From assembly GCF_009914755.1 (NCBI RefSeq), contig NC_060925.1: a stretch of 64,000 nt of DNA. The stretch is one strand, 5' to 3'. Shown here one piece after another: positions 51,738 to 64,000 of this stretch (its first letter is position 1; each line of letters begins with the position of its first letter). Under the pieces are notes generated by a model that saw only the letters and a list, made by a program, of their open reading frames with translations, ran no database searches and was not told where the DNA came from. Source of the stretch: the human T2T-CHM13v2.0 reference genome, Homo sapiens. A program made the position numbers and the translations under genes.

Positions 51738-52382
51738 CCCAGGATTATTGAAATGAGTTTCTTTCTTGTCTCTCAACTCAATTATTAACCAATGCCAAGA
51801 ATTTTACAATGAAAATAAAGGAATATCATTTTACAATTTAAAGGCATTAATGAACTCACTCTCATGTGTTCTGCTTCATACCTCCCTTAGGATTGTGTTC
51901 AGAATCTGTACTATGATCCATAATATTCTGCTTACTTGTTATGTTTAGTCTCTGCTATAGCCACAATTCCTCAGGCAGTTTTAGCTCAAGGAATATGGAA
52001 CTACATTTTGGTTATATTCCATCTGGCTTTAGAACATTTACAATGCTACTTTTGGTCTCTTTCCTCTTTCCTTCATTAACTTGCCCAATCCTATTTGTCT
52101 TTTATGGCTCATGTGAAACGCTGCTACTCCAGACTAGGCTCATTGTTTCACTTAGTTGCTCCACAGCTCTCTGCACTCCTTTTTATTAGGTTGTTCATGA
52201 TTAAGACATTTTTCTTTCAGGTGACAGATAAAATGTTGGGCAGGAATGTACTTGTCTTACTTGCTTCTGTATCTCCCATGACTGTTATGATAAAATATTG
52301 TTGAATGGTGCGTATCTTGCAATATTAACTAATTGTGATTTTGTTTGCTTGTTTGCTGTTTTCTTTTTCTCTTGGTGAGTTT

Positions 52383-52404
52383 TGTGTGTGTGTGTGTGTG
52401 TGTG
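52383..52404. repeat. (TG)11 microsatellite
   Basis: Seen directly. Confidence 0.95.
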
Positions 52405-54059
52405 TCTAGTCTAGTGTTTGTGTGTATTATTTAATTTTCCTTTTCCTCTTATATTAGGATTATAGCAAATGGTGGTATAATTAAGCATCCTGAAAAAAAA
52501 ATTAGCATCCTGGTTGAGACCAAATAGATTATCCTGCTTGTAATCATTTGCACACTGTTTAATTTCATGGAATAAAAACTTAAGTCACTCTCTTTAACTA
52601 TTTATGATTTAAAGTAAATTTAAATTTAGTGAGTAAAACTATTATTCGAAGTAAATTTATTTTATAAAGTAAATTATCTAAATTAAAGAACTTCATTTTA
52701 ATCTTTTTATATTTATGTTACCTCGACTATACCAGGTACTAAAGGCATTTTAAAAAGTAATTCAATAATTATAATTACACATACTGACTAATTTGCTAAG
52801 TTGTATTTCCTCTGCCTCTGTAAGTCCACTTTTTAATGCCAGTAATATAAATACCAATATTGAGAAACTGAAATGTTGTTGAAGTAAATTTTATGCAACA
52901 TGTGCATTTAATTGCACATGATAGCAAATTTTGGTGTTTTTTCATTTGTATACAGATTTTTCCGATGATGTGGGTATGCTTAATACAGTGTATCTGACCT
53001 CACATCAAATGGAACAATGATATTGACAAGACTCTATGAAGCAAATGGCCCAAATATTTTCTATTTGATTAAATCACCTTTAATGATGTGAATTATGAAA
53101 TGTTTTACAACACATTTTTTAGTAAAAACTATGTTTTTTCTCTAGATATTATAAGTTCTTATAAGGGTAATCTGTAGAACCATGTAAAATATATACTTTC
53201 TCATCAAAAGAATAATCATACGCATTCTTATAGTACTATTAATTCCTTAAACTTTAAATTGTTATTTTTAATTCATTAAGTAGCAAATCCTGAACAAATA
53301 CATGGTTTTCATTCTCCTTATTTTACATATGAAAATCACTGAGCTTAAAAATTCTCACTTAATTTTTTAACAAAGTTTTTAAATAAAATATGTTTTATGA
53401 ATTTACAATGCTTTACAAATTTACAATTCAAATTTTTAAATATATTAAAATGCTATATCTTAAAGTGAAAATGAAAATATAATCTGTTTACATAGACAAT
53501 TAATACATTCAGGTAAAAAAATACAATCTGAATATAGCTATTGAAGGATCAATTAATAAAGAATGGGCTGTATCAAGGGTGCATTATCCTAACTTAATAA
53601 GTTCATGCATTTTTAAGTCAGTAGAATGTTGGTACTTTTTTTGTCACAGAGTAACAACCCTCTTGCTCAACTATGAGCATTAAGACACTTCAAGATCTAG
53701 TCATTCTTGCTCTGTCACCGATTCTGCCCTCATCCAAGTATCCACAAGTTAGCTGTAAAACTGTGATTATTGAAGCTTGATATCTGATATATTTGAGAAG
53801 AGTACCGAGAACCTCTCACCACTAAGCTGGATTTTTTTACATAGTTCTCCATTATTTTCCTAGTTCATTGGAGAAGATTTCTGCCTTCCTAACTTTAGTT
53901 TTTGAAATTTTTCTTAAGGTAACCTACTTAGCAAGGACCTGTTGTTTGATCATAATCTTTCTATCTACAGTCTGTATATTCTGCTCTTTACTTTGTGAAC
54001 ATGTTCAAAAGTTTCAGGACCATCACAATGAGGATAATGCCTCTGATTAATTCTGAATA

Positions 54060-54425
54060 TAAGTACTTCCTGAAGTGCTCTGGAAAGACTGAAAAACTCT
54101 ATACCAAGTTCATTTCCCTTTCCTTATGAACCCATAGCTAGTCAATACCTCCCAGCCTCCCGCACAGGTAGATATGGCAGATAATATACCTACAGTCAAT
54201 GGATATGAATATATTTGATGTACATTCTGTCCTGGCTGGGCACGTAAAATTTCCTATGGAGTGATTCACCTTCTCATTCCTGTCTGTCAGCTATAAGTCA
54301 ACAAACATAGTAATTTGCCTCTGAGAAATCTTTAAATGAGAAATAGCTAGACTTCCAAAATATTAAGCTATTGTGATTTCAAGATTTAATCTCTTTCAGC
54401 AGCTAGTGCTATGGTAAATAATTCA
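54060..54425 (+). mobile_element. Old MLT1 (J-like) LTR
   Basis: cctcccagcctccc...gtcaatggatatga...aatgagaaata...ttaagctattgtgatttc...cagcagctag. Confidence 0.55.
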
Positions 54426-57279
54426 TCCACCAAACAGTTGAGTACCTTCCTTAGAAACCTCCTTTTGCCTGAGATCATATTCTTTTTTATTTTTTAATTT
54501 TGGCCTTTTTTGAACACTCAAATTTTGCCTGCTGCCAAACATACCTTGCATCAGTTTTGTCTTGACCATTGGTCTAGGAATAAGCCTAGACCAATCTCCT
54601 TTGTCCTACCAGCAAACAGGTGAATTATCCGCATGCTTTAAAGCTGAGCCCATTCAAGATAGAATGGTATGTAACTTAATGTATTTCATTTCAGTAAATA
54701 ATAATAATTAATCACTATATAAAACATTTTGAATTGAGATTTAAGCATTAATCAGGCAGGTGAGTTTTGATTTATGATTAGCATTAATTGAGATATTGTC
54801 TGTAGTAACTACATTCTTGACATTGTTTTAAATATTTTACTTATAAATTCATTTAATTCTTAAGAGTTACTGAAAATTAAAAAAAAATGTTTTGAGGTAC
54901 AGAAAAACTGTAAAAATATTTTAAAATGAAACCATAATTCTTCTAAAGTCCTGGCACATCCATAGAGAATTGTGGGCTCTTATATTTGCATTTCATATAT
55001 AAGAGCAATCACCAAAAGTGTCACAGAAACTTTGATCCCAAGAGACCTTTAAGAAATGAATAAATGGGCTCCTGAATGTTCTCTAATATCACCAAACATT
55101 ACGTTGATTGTATGTGCTTTGCTATGACACACACATGCACTCACACACACACACTTATATTTCTCAGAATGTCAAATTTTCAGAAATACATTAAACAGGA
55201 TGATCAACAAACTTGGATACATATTGAGTTGAAGTACATATCCTACATTCCAATATCACTTATTAAAATGCATTTACCCATCACAAAATATATGTGTATT
55301 TTAATAAATAATTATATCATCATATTGTAATTTATATATGTTTTAGTATGCACTATAAAATTTAGAACATACAATTACAGTTAGAAGCATTTTTAAATAT
55401 GACATTAATTTTATTCATCATAAAAATGGACTTGTGAAGCTAAGAACTGAGAAGAAATTCTCTTTTTTATAAAGTCAATAGTTGTTATATATCTTTAATT
55501 TAAATTTTCTTATTTCTCTTTGTATCTAAAAACCCTATTATAATTCTTTCTCATATATTTTTCATTCACTACTCAATTTTGGTGTGCATGAATTTGCTAG
55601 ACATTCCAATTTCAATCCAGCAGTGCAAGAAAAATAAATCAACTTATTGACAATTAAATCTCATATCCAATGTGGTTGCACAATGCACTTGAAAATAACT
55701 GCCATTATTCTCTACCAAAAAAAAATATATGTTAGTACTTTGAAACATAGCTGCCATTTGAATTGGAAAATTAACTTCACAAATTTCAATCATCACAAGA
55801 TCTTAGATTTATAACTAGCATGATCTGATACTTGGTGTGACATAATTTCCACATATTGGAAGACTATCCCTATAAATCAAGGTACCCATCTGAAATAATA
55901 GGGAAGAATGTGGCAAATGAACTAAACACAAGTGAAATGCAATATTTGCTAGAAAATGTCTTAGTATTTCTAAGAAATACACCAAAACAAATTTTAAATT
56001 AGTTATGGCATAGTCTGTAACAATGTAATGAGATTTTTCATATACAAAAACACAAAGCCCTATATCCAAATAAACCTGAGTCAAAAATTGGGAAAATAGA
56101 GAAAGACTGACCTTCCATTCAGTAAGAAGCCAAGCAATAGACCCTGTGGAGTGCTGTCATCAGCTGTGTTTTTTTGTGAACCCAGTAGAGTGTATGTGAA
56201 GGGAGAGTTATTTATGTAACCAAAAAAATTAATTCATAGAGCCATCTTCATGTAATGTTATTTATTTCTTTCTTCTTTCCATTTTCTTCTATTTTTGCTT
56301 GCATAAGAATTTATCAATTACCCATAAAGGGCAAAGCAAAGTCCAAATACTGAAATACATGTATGTATATAAACATATGCTATTAATAATAATTCTGTAT
56401 AATTCAAAGTGACAAAGACAAGAAGTAAACATGCTTGGGTATATCTACTTACATGAGAAAGTGGGAGAAAGCACCATAATTTATAGATTTCCATAACCAC
56501 ATAGATTATGATAAAAATTGCCCAAAGGAAATAAAAGATGTATTTTACTGGAAGAGATAAAAGAGACTCTGAACAACTAAAAAATAACTAAACACATGTA
56601 CTGAATTATAATTTCTTTTACCTTCTTAGGGTTCTATATGTATTCATTCAATTTCATAATGTTACACTCAATTGCAATAATATTTGTTTATAATATAATT
56701 CACTGTTTCTATATACAATTGAAATTATACTTATTCTTTCCCAAAGAATCGTAGTTAGACTTTTATAAAATTGCAAGTATTTTAACATAGTCTTTCTGTT
56801 TTGATGCAATAGTGACTTCTGTTGACCTGTCATTCTGAGGCTAAATAATATGTTCATCCCAACAATTCACCCAAACATAATGGCAGAGTGAAAACAAAGT
56901 ACCTTCAATAGCAAATCTTTGGAAAAAGAGCAAAATGGAAAAAATAAACCACTTCATAGCATACTGTCAATTATCAAAAGATAGGGGAAAAAAAAATACA
57001 AAACATCTTCTGACTGATGGAAGAGTGTGTGCATGTAAAAGAATTTGACTGCCTCCTGATTTGCTTCCTGGGATTATATTTATTAGGTATTTACTTTTTA
57101 TGAGGTGAGAAATTAGGGGCAGATGTTTGACAGATTTATGTTTTCTCTAGCAGTGAACTTCATCTAGAATCGTGGTAAGCTGGATTACTTTCAAGTTCTA
57201 GACACTGTTTTTTTAGTTTGTTTCTTTGTTTTTTAAAATAAAACACCAGATATCTGATCATGGTCTTTGTGGCCTTATC

Positions 57280-57935
57280 GCTACAAATGTTAGCCATATA
57301 CATATAATTTTAAGTATTCTATTAGTTACATGAAAAATAAAGTAAAAATTAATGGTAAAATTAATTTTAGTGATATATTTATCTAACCCAATAAACCCAA
57401 AATAGTATCATTCAACATGTAACCAACGCAAAAATTTTTGATAACATTTTAACTTATGTGTACAGGTTTTTGAATTCTGATGTGTTTTGTACAGTTAAAG
57501 AACATTTCATGTGCTCAATAGCCACATGGATTAGTCAGTTCTCACATTGCAATAAAAACCACCTCAGACTAGGTAATTTATAAAGAAAAGAGGTTTAGTT
57601 GACTCACAGTTCTGCAGGCTGTACAGGAAACATGGCTTGGGAGGCCTAAGGAAACTTACAATCATGGTGCAGGTGAAGAGGAAGCAGACACATCTAACAT
57701 GGCTGGAGAAGGAGGAAGAGAGAGCAAAGTGGGAGGTGGTGCACACTTTTAAACAACAAGATATCATGAGAATACACTATCATGAGAGCAGCAAAGGGGA
57801 AATCCTCCCCTGTGATCCAATCACCTCCTAACAGGCCCCTCCTCCAACACTAGAGATTACAATTCGACATGAGATTTGGGCAGTGACATAAATTCAAACC
57901 ATATCACCACATCACTATAATATCAAACAGTGTAG
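57280..57935. mobile_element. MER33-like hAT DNA transposon, split by MSTA
   Basis: aaattaattttagtgatatatttatctaacccaataaacccaaaatagtatcattcaacatgtaacc; catttcatgtgctcaatagccaca; resumes after 57906. Confidence 0.75.
57527..57906 (-). mobile_element. MSTA solo LTR
   Basis: ttctgcaggctgtacaggaaacatggc...caaaccatatca; perfect 5-bp TSD ccaca. Confidence 0.93.
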
Positions 57936-58962
57936 AGAGATCAAATTTTCCCCATTTCCCTAGATTCCATTTTTACTCCTTGCTCTTGTTCAAGATTCAC
58001 TCTCAATTTTGCTGTCAATAACTTTATCTTGGAGCAGAAAGATGAATCTTTTTGCATTTCTATTAATGTAATGCAAAAAGATATGAGCCACCACACCCAG
58101 CCAGTTCATTATATTTTATTTCCAAATTTATCAGGGCCATACAGTACACATATGTAGGAATAAGAGGTATATTTTTCCACTATCCTTGTTTGATGAAAAT
58201 TAGTAAAGAGGTTATCTCCATATAACAAAGAGTTATATGCAGATTTTTTTCCCTCTCCCCACTCTTCCACTACAATTGCATTACTAGGGATCCAAAGTTT
58301 TCCCCTCTGTTATGAGCATCTTAAAATTCTTTCTTAGATCATTCAAAAATATGTAGTCAACACAGCATAAATAAAGCAGTGAATGAGTCATAACTTAGGA
58401 CAAGTTCAGGTTTCATAATTAAGGGATATGTAATCATCTGGCCTGCATCCCTCTCAGATTATTGGCCATAAATCAAAAAAAGAATGATGTTTCTTATGTG
58501 TCTTTATAAGACCATTGTATAACAACTTTTTGGCGGCCAGAAGTATTCAACCAACTACAACATTTTAAAATATTTCTTCACAGTGTTCTAAACCTCAATC
58601 CTCAGTGATTACTGTATCCCAAAAATCAAGTCAGTAATATGTTTGTCACCTGACACATTCTGTGTCCATTCACTTATGTATTTTCTGTATTGCACAAGGC
58701 ACTTTTGGTTGAAAATAAGAAATCCACCCCCAACTTTGCTCCTTAAAGGGTTTACACTGGAACAAACAACTGCAATTCCCAGTGATAAGGACAAGCTAGG
58801 AAAAGAATGGATTTAATAATACAAAATAAAGTATTCAGGTTCTGTCTTTCCCTCTGTCTTTTGGTTCAGGTTTTTGCTGTCAGCAGTCTTTGTTAGAAAT
58901 GATCTATGTCATGAAGAATTGAGTTAGAGATCTGTGTTTAACACATTCACAACTTAACCGTC

Positions 58963-59405
58963 AGTCTTAGTCCATTTGTGTTGCTAAAAGGAATACCTGA
59001 GGCTGGGTAATTTATGTACAAGAAGAGATTTATTTGTCTTACAGTTCTGCAGGCTATACAAAAAGTATTGTGCCAGTATATGCTTCTGGTGAGGACCTCA
59101 CACTGCTTCCACTCATGATGGAAGGTGAAGGGGAGCCAGCATGTACAGAGATCACATGGAAAAAGAGGAAGCAAGGAGGGGGGTGGACACACCAGTATCT
59201 TTTTAACAACCAGCTCTTGTGAAAACTAATAGAGCAATAACTCCCCCCACACCCAGTGAGGGAATTAATCTATTCACGATGGACCTGCCCCCATGACATA
59301 AACGCCTCCCATTAGGCCCCACCTCCAATCCTGGAGATCAAATTTCAACATGATTAAATTTCAACATGAAGTTTGTGGGGGGTAACAAATATCCAAACCA
59401 TAGGA
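58963..59405 (-). mobile_element. MSTB solo LTR
   Basis: gtcttagtccatttgtgttgct...ctgcttccactcatg...attaggccccacctccaa...atccaaaccatagga; TSD ccgtc/ccatc. Confidence 0.92.
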
Positions 59406-62400
59406 CCATCTCTATGAAAGGAATCTTGTCTTTCGGGCCTCCAACTATCAATCTAGATTCAGTTCTATTTAGTTGCTTGTTCATCCAAGGATCAAACAGG
59501 TGTGGTATACAGCCAGGTACCCATTGAATGTGCCAAATCCATAATGGTTCTATGGGTATAGACAGAAAATAATGTATAATCTGCTAAAAGGAGCTTTCAC
59601 CTCAGGACATAAGCTTGTACATTATTTACGTGGTCTGATTGCTCAAGGCAAAATATCTTAGGAGAATTATTTTCTTTATTATACCAACTCACAGCAATTC
59701 TAACTAACTGTCTTTGTTTCCCTCGCTGTTGTAATACATGTGTGATCAGGTTATATTTTGCCTGAAAACTGATGTGTTCTTCTCGGTACTTCAATGATCT
59801 TTTACTGTTGTTGTTTTACTTCTTCTTTGATGGCTCTTTCCCTTAGGAAGTCATATAAACATGAGCCATACACTAACTTAGGCAAAGATTATCAGAGGGA
59901 AACTAGAGAAAAAAGACTATATACATTTTTTAATTTTCAAGTTTCAAAGCTGTGGTCCAAGTGTAAAACAAAAAATATTTTAGAACTGATCCAGGTCATT
60001 TCTTGCTGCTTGCTGTTAGATCAAAAATTCCGTGGACTTCAAAATGGGTTTAAAGGGAGGACTGGACTATGTGTGTGGTAATCATAAAGAAACTCACAGC
60101 TCCACTTTCACAAGTGCCAATTTTCCCCAGGAATGTCATCGGAGCCATTGTCTATAAACCAGCAGTCTCTATACAAGAGCTCAGTACCTTATCCTTGCCA
60201 AGGCTATCTTAAGTCTAGATGTCCCTAACTGGTGTCTGACTTCCCTCTGTGGAAGTTTAAATTTCATTCAACAGTAAAGCCTGTACTTGTCCTGAAATAT
60301 GGCTCATTCACTGTTTCATGTATGCTGTGTAGACTACATATTTTCCAATGATCTAGGAAAATATTTTTAAGATGCTCATAACAGAGGCAAAACTTTGGAT
60401 CCCTAGGAAGGCAGTTGTACTAGAAGCATGAAGAGAGGGAAGAAAAGATCTCCATATAACATAATTATATAAAGATTACCTTTTTACTACCTTCCATCAA
60501 ACATGGAGAGTGAAAAATATACCTCTCTTTTATGCATACATGCAGTGTAGGACCCCAGCTATTTTGGAGGTAAAATATAATGGACCTCAGGCAGAGCATC
60601 TTCCAGGTTGATCTGAACTAGCTTTTTAAAAACACTGTTGTTTAAATATTCATCAGGGTTAAGATAAAATGTTAATGTAAATGAGATTCTGAAATTATAA
60701 AATAATTGTCCTCTCCAAGTGCTCACATCATCCTGAGGACTTAAATATCCATATAGATGACATATCAAAAACCCCTGACTCAGTATTCTTGTGTTTTTAA
60801 ATATCAATTATGTTTTCTTCTGGTCCTTTAGAGAATCTAATTTTTTGTTGTATTTCTTCTGAAAGTTTAAAGTATTCTGATGTCTGAATACAATGACCTA
60901 TTCTTTAGATTTCCTAACTTTCTTATTCTCCATATGTTTACATCATCATCACTGTCTTCTAACTTTCTCACTTGCTTTTTCTCCTAATCAATCTTTCCTT
61001 AATATTTTTTCATTCCAAAAGTAGCCTAGATTGCACTTTTCTATTTTCTCTTTCTATCATCCTTAGTTGTCTTGTTGCCTATAGGACACATGCTTTTCCA
61101 AATTAAGCTCAAGCCTAGAAACAATCTTCCACATGGCATTCTATAATTGCACTTCGGTGGAAAATCCTACTAAAGAAATACATAAACAGAGTCACACACC
61201 CACATCCACACCTACTCACACCCACTTCCATCCACCCTCTGCCAAACCACACACTCAAATATAGTAATACATTTAATTCATTTTCTCTAATCTTAGAAAA
61301 ACTGCTACATCACTTAGCCTTTGATATGGCACTAGGCGGTTATTTATTCTGTGTTCTAAAAGAGCCATTCCACTCCTTGTCTCTCTATCAATCTCTTGTC
61401 CGTTTCTCTGTTCTACCATCAACTACATCATTCGCAAACACTTCAACACTTCATCAGAAAACAAAGAAAACAGAAAAACTCCAAGTCACTCAGTTGGAGC
61501 TTCACTTATTATTTTCTTCCACTTACAAAACAAATTTCTATCACCTATTATCCTTTTCATCTTCCCTTGTTTCATTATTGGTTAATATCTTCATCTTTCC
61601 TCTAAGTTACACAACTTCCTGCATAGACTCTTAAATTTTTCTAACTTAAACAAGCAAAAATACATCCAACCCTATGTTTCTCTTTAGTAAGGACACCCCA
61701 GTTGTTATGTTGCAAATAATTTACAGGTACAACTGGAAATATTGGCCCTCATAGTCTAAGGGGCACTCTGATGGGATTTAGAATAGTTTGGATTTCGTGG
61801 GCTAGATGCCTGTAGCAATTTATGGTTTTATGGGAGTTTCATGAAATTCATCTATTTCTGTAAACATGCTCTATGGCTAGCATAATGGCATCAGGAAATC
61901 ATGCTCAATGTGATTTTTAAAAAAGGCTATAATAATTGGAAACTTACTTTAGCAGCCCGCTGCACTGAGCACTACTATTGATAATAAACAAGAGGACCAT
62001 CCATGGAGCTGCTCAAGAAATGTGTATTCTAGATGCCAGGAAGAATGTTCTTTGGTCCTTGGAGGCAGTAAATCTAGCTGGGAGGGCAGGGTCATTTCAT
62101 GACTAAAGTTTCTTTATCAAGAATAGAATATATACTTTTAAAAACAAAATCTAATAAGTTTTTGAGAATAATCTCATGTTTGTCATTCCTAAAATTAAAT
62201 ATTGAAAGGATTTCATTGCTATGTTTGACTCAAATACAATTTCAATACTTTTCTATATTTCATTTTTAAGTGTAATTCTATAACACAATTAAAGTGAGAT
62301 TGATATTTTTTCAACAATCTCCAAAATGTGTCCCTAAATCCCCTAAAGTTTTCTCCGGTGTGCTTTACAAATACTATCATTTTGTGGTGTGTTACATTGT

Positions 62401-62445
62401 AGAAAATTTGCAAAACACTATCTTGTTACTTCACTTTTCAACTTC

Positions 62446-62590
62446 TTTTTTTATTTTTATTTTTTATTATACTTTAAGTTCTGGGGTACATGTGCAGAAC
62501 ATGCAGTTTTGTTACATAGGTATACATGTGCCATGGTGGTTTGCTGCACACATCAACCCGTCATCTACATTAGGTATTTCTCTTAACGCT
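62446..62590 (-). mobile_element. Short L1PA7/8-like 3' end
   Basis: tatactttaagttctggggtacatgtgcagaac...ggtggtttgctgcac...catcaacccgtcatctacattagg. Confidence 0.93.
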
Positions 62591-62699
62591 TCTGAACTTC
62601 CTGTTTAATGTTCAACCTTCCATAACTAGTCATTCATAATCATTACTCGGTTACAAAATAATTTGAGGTCGTCAGTAATTTTCTGGTTATCAAAGCTAG

Positions 62700-63850
62700 T
62701 GGATGGTGCTAGATATACTATATAATATAATTTCTCTTAACCTTTTAGCACAATCTACTACTGTAGCCTTAAAAAAAATCAGTTTTTACTTTTGTGGCAC
62801 CATTTTAACTCCTAATTTCCTTGTAATTTTTTTCCAGCTCCGCTGTAGATTTATTTTCCTTAATCTGCTCAAGGGATGCTGTATTCTCCACAATTTCCTT
62901 TCTGTTATCTTTGTTGGTACACACCCATCTTTAAAAATCACCTACGTACTGATGATTTGACATTCTTTTTCTCCAATTCAAAATTTTCTTGAGTTCCAAA
63001 TATGTGAAAGGTGATTTTTAAAAACACATATTTACCTGTGTTCCTGTAGGGTACCACCAGCTCAAAATTCCAAAAGTAAATTTGCCATATTTTTCTGACT
63101 AAATGTTCTTCTATTTTATTTCCTCTGCCAGTCAAACCAAAACCATGGGTTTCTCTTTGACTTTTTATCTCCTTTACACTTGATATTCAAGTTAATCTGT
63201 TTGTAAATTCTACTGCTTTACTATTAATAAATCCTTTCAATCTCCTACAAAATGATCCCTTTATTTTTTTTCAAGCAATTATTTCTTCCTATTAATCTCA
63301 GAGCCTCAAGGTCTGTTTGTCATACTGCTGCTAAAATGTTCTTTATAAAACTCAAAATTCTTCTTGTAACTGTTGTAGTGATTTTTCGTGAAATCCTTAT
63401 TCCTCATATCCAACTTTTGAAACATAATATGTGAAGCCATTTATAGACTAATGATTTTCAAACTCATTAATCTCTTATACAGATGATTTATCCTCAAAGT
63501 TTGTGTCTTAGCTATGTGAAACTTATTGAAGATAAACAAGTTTGTAATAGTCTCTGATGTCTCCGAGTTCTCACTCAGCCTGGAATGACCTTAGTGATTA
63601 ATCCTCCCTCTCAGGTTTATATCATTATCTCCTGTGCTATAAAATGGTTCAAAGTCATCTCTTGTGACTTGTGGAAATAGAGGCTTTGATATCTACACAA
63701 ACCTTCTTCTTTGTTTCTAGTAGTTTCCTGATCATTCCACATTACAAATGTCTATATCCTCCTTAGTTTCTTGAAGACAAGAACTTTGAAATTTCATGTA
63801 AGTATTCTTACTGGGAGTATATGGCATAAAATATAATAGTGATTGAAGTA
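62700..63850 (+). mobile_element. L2 RT-to-3' end remnant
   Basis: cac cta cgt act gat gat (HLRTDD ~ HLYADD) at about 62939; ccagtcaaaccaaaaccatggg...tttgact; cctggaatgacc; L2-like terminus. Confidence 0.65.
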
Positions 63851-64000
63851 TAATGTATCTAAAAATGAAAGAAGATACTATATTTCTGCTAAAGTCAGGT
63901 ATATTACTTTGTAAGTTTGGTTTTTGTTGATGTTCTCACTGTTTTGCTTTTGTCATCATCTTATTGTCTTATGTCACTACAGCAAAAAAGCTACCTCTTA

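Larger units (their letters stand above)
49760..52305 (+). mobile_element. Long decayed L2 retaining APE endonuclease-like motifs
   Basis: In-order degenerate motifs IKTWP (~TETWL, about 49796), IAIFYK (~AVIYRP, about 50003), ILSEFKIHAD (~ILGDFNIHVD, 50102), HDHILEFII (~GHTLDLVI, 50223); L2-like 3' end at about 52230-52305. Confidence 0.7.

Noticed and set aside
58081-58103. Alu-like 22-mer (tgagccaccacacccagcc)
   Set aside because: Too short to call as an element.

Overview
This is AT-rich, repeat-dense primate genomic DNA, most likely human or another ape given the AluY, L1PA3-like and LTR12/ERV9 copies. It looks like a gene desert or the interior of a very large intron. I found no credible protein-coding gene, RNA gene or CRISPR array. 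The ORF track consists of Alu, L1 and LTR translations, microsatellite artefacts and short chance ORFs; the only recognisable proteins are L1 ORF2 remnants. A large part of the window is transposon debris: about 15 Alu copies or fragments, L1s of many ages, L2, MIR, MaLR/ERV1/ERVL solo LTRs, MER33 and MADE1. I cannot support a claim of a new biological system. The most unusual items are: (1) a 77-nt LTR12/ERV9 R-region-only piece with an A-rich tail and a 17-bp target-site duplication, which looks L1-mobilised (50738-50844); (2) a 1.5-kb solo LTR12 with 8 intact CCAAT boxes, with a 33-nt candidate microexon about 700 bp downstream on the same strand; (3) a near-perfect 4x52-bp minisatellite inside an L2 that still shows endonuclease motifs; (4) several template-switch or deletion junctions (MER31 fold-back, internally deleted L1MA). 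Repeat subfamily names come from recalled consensus features by eye and were not checked with RepeatMasker or Dfam. Boundaries of old repeats are approximate.
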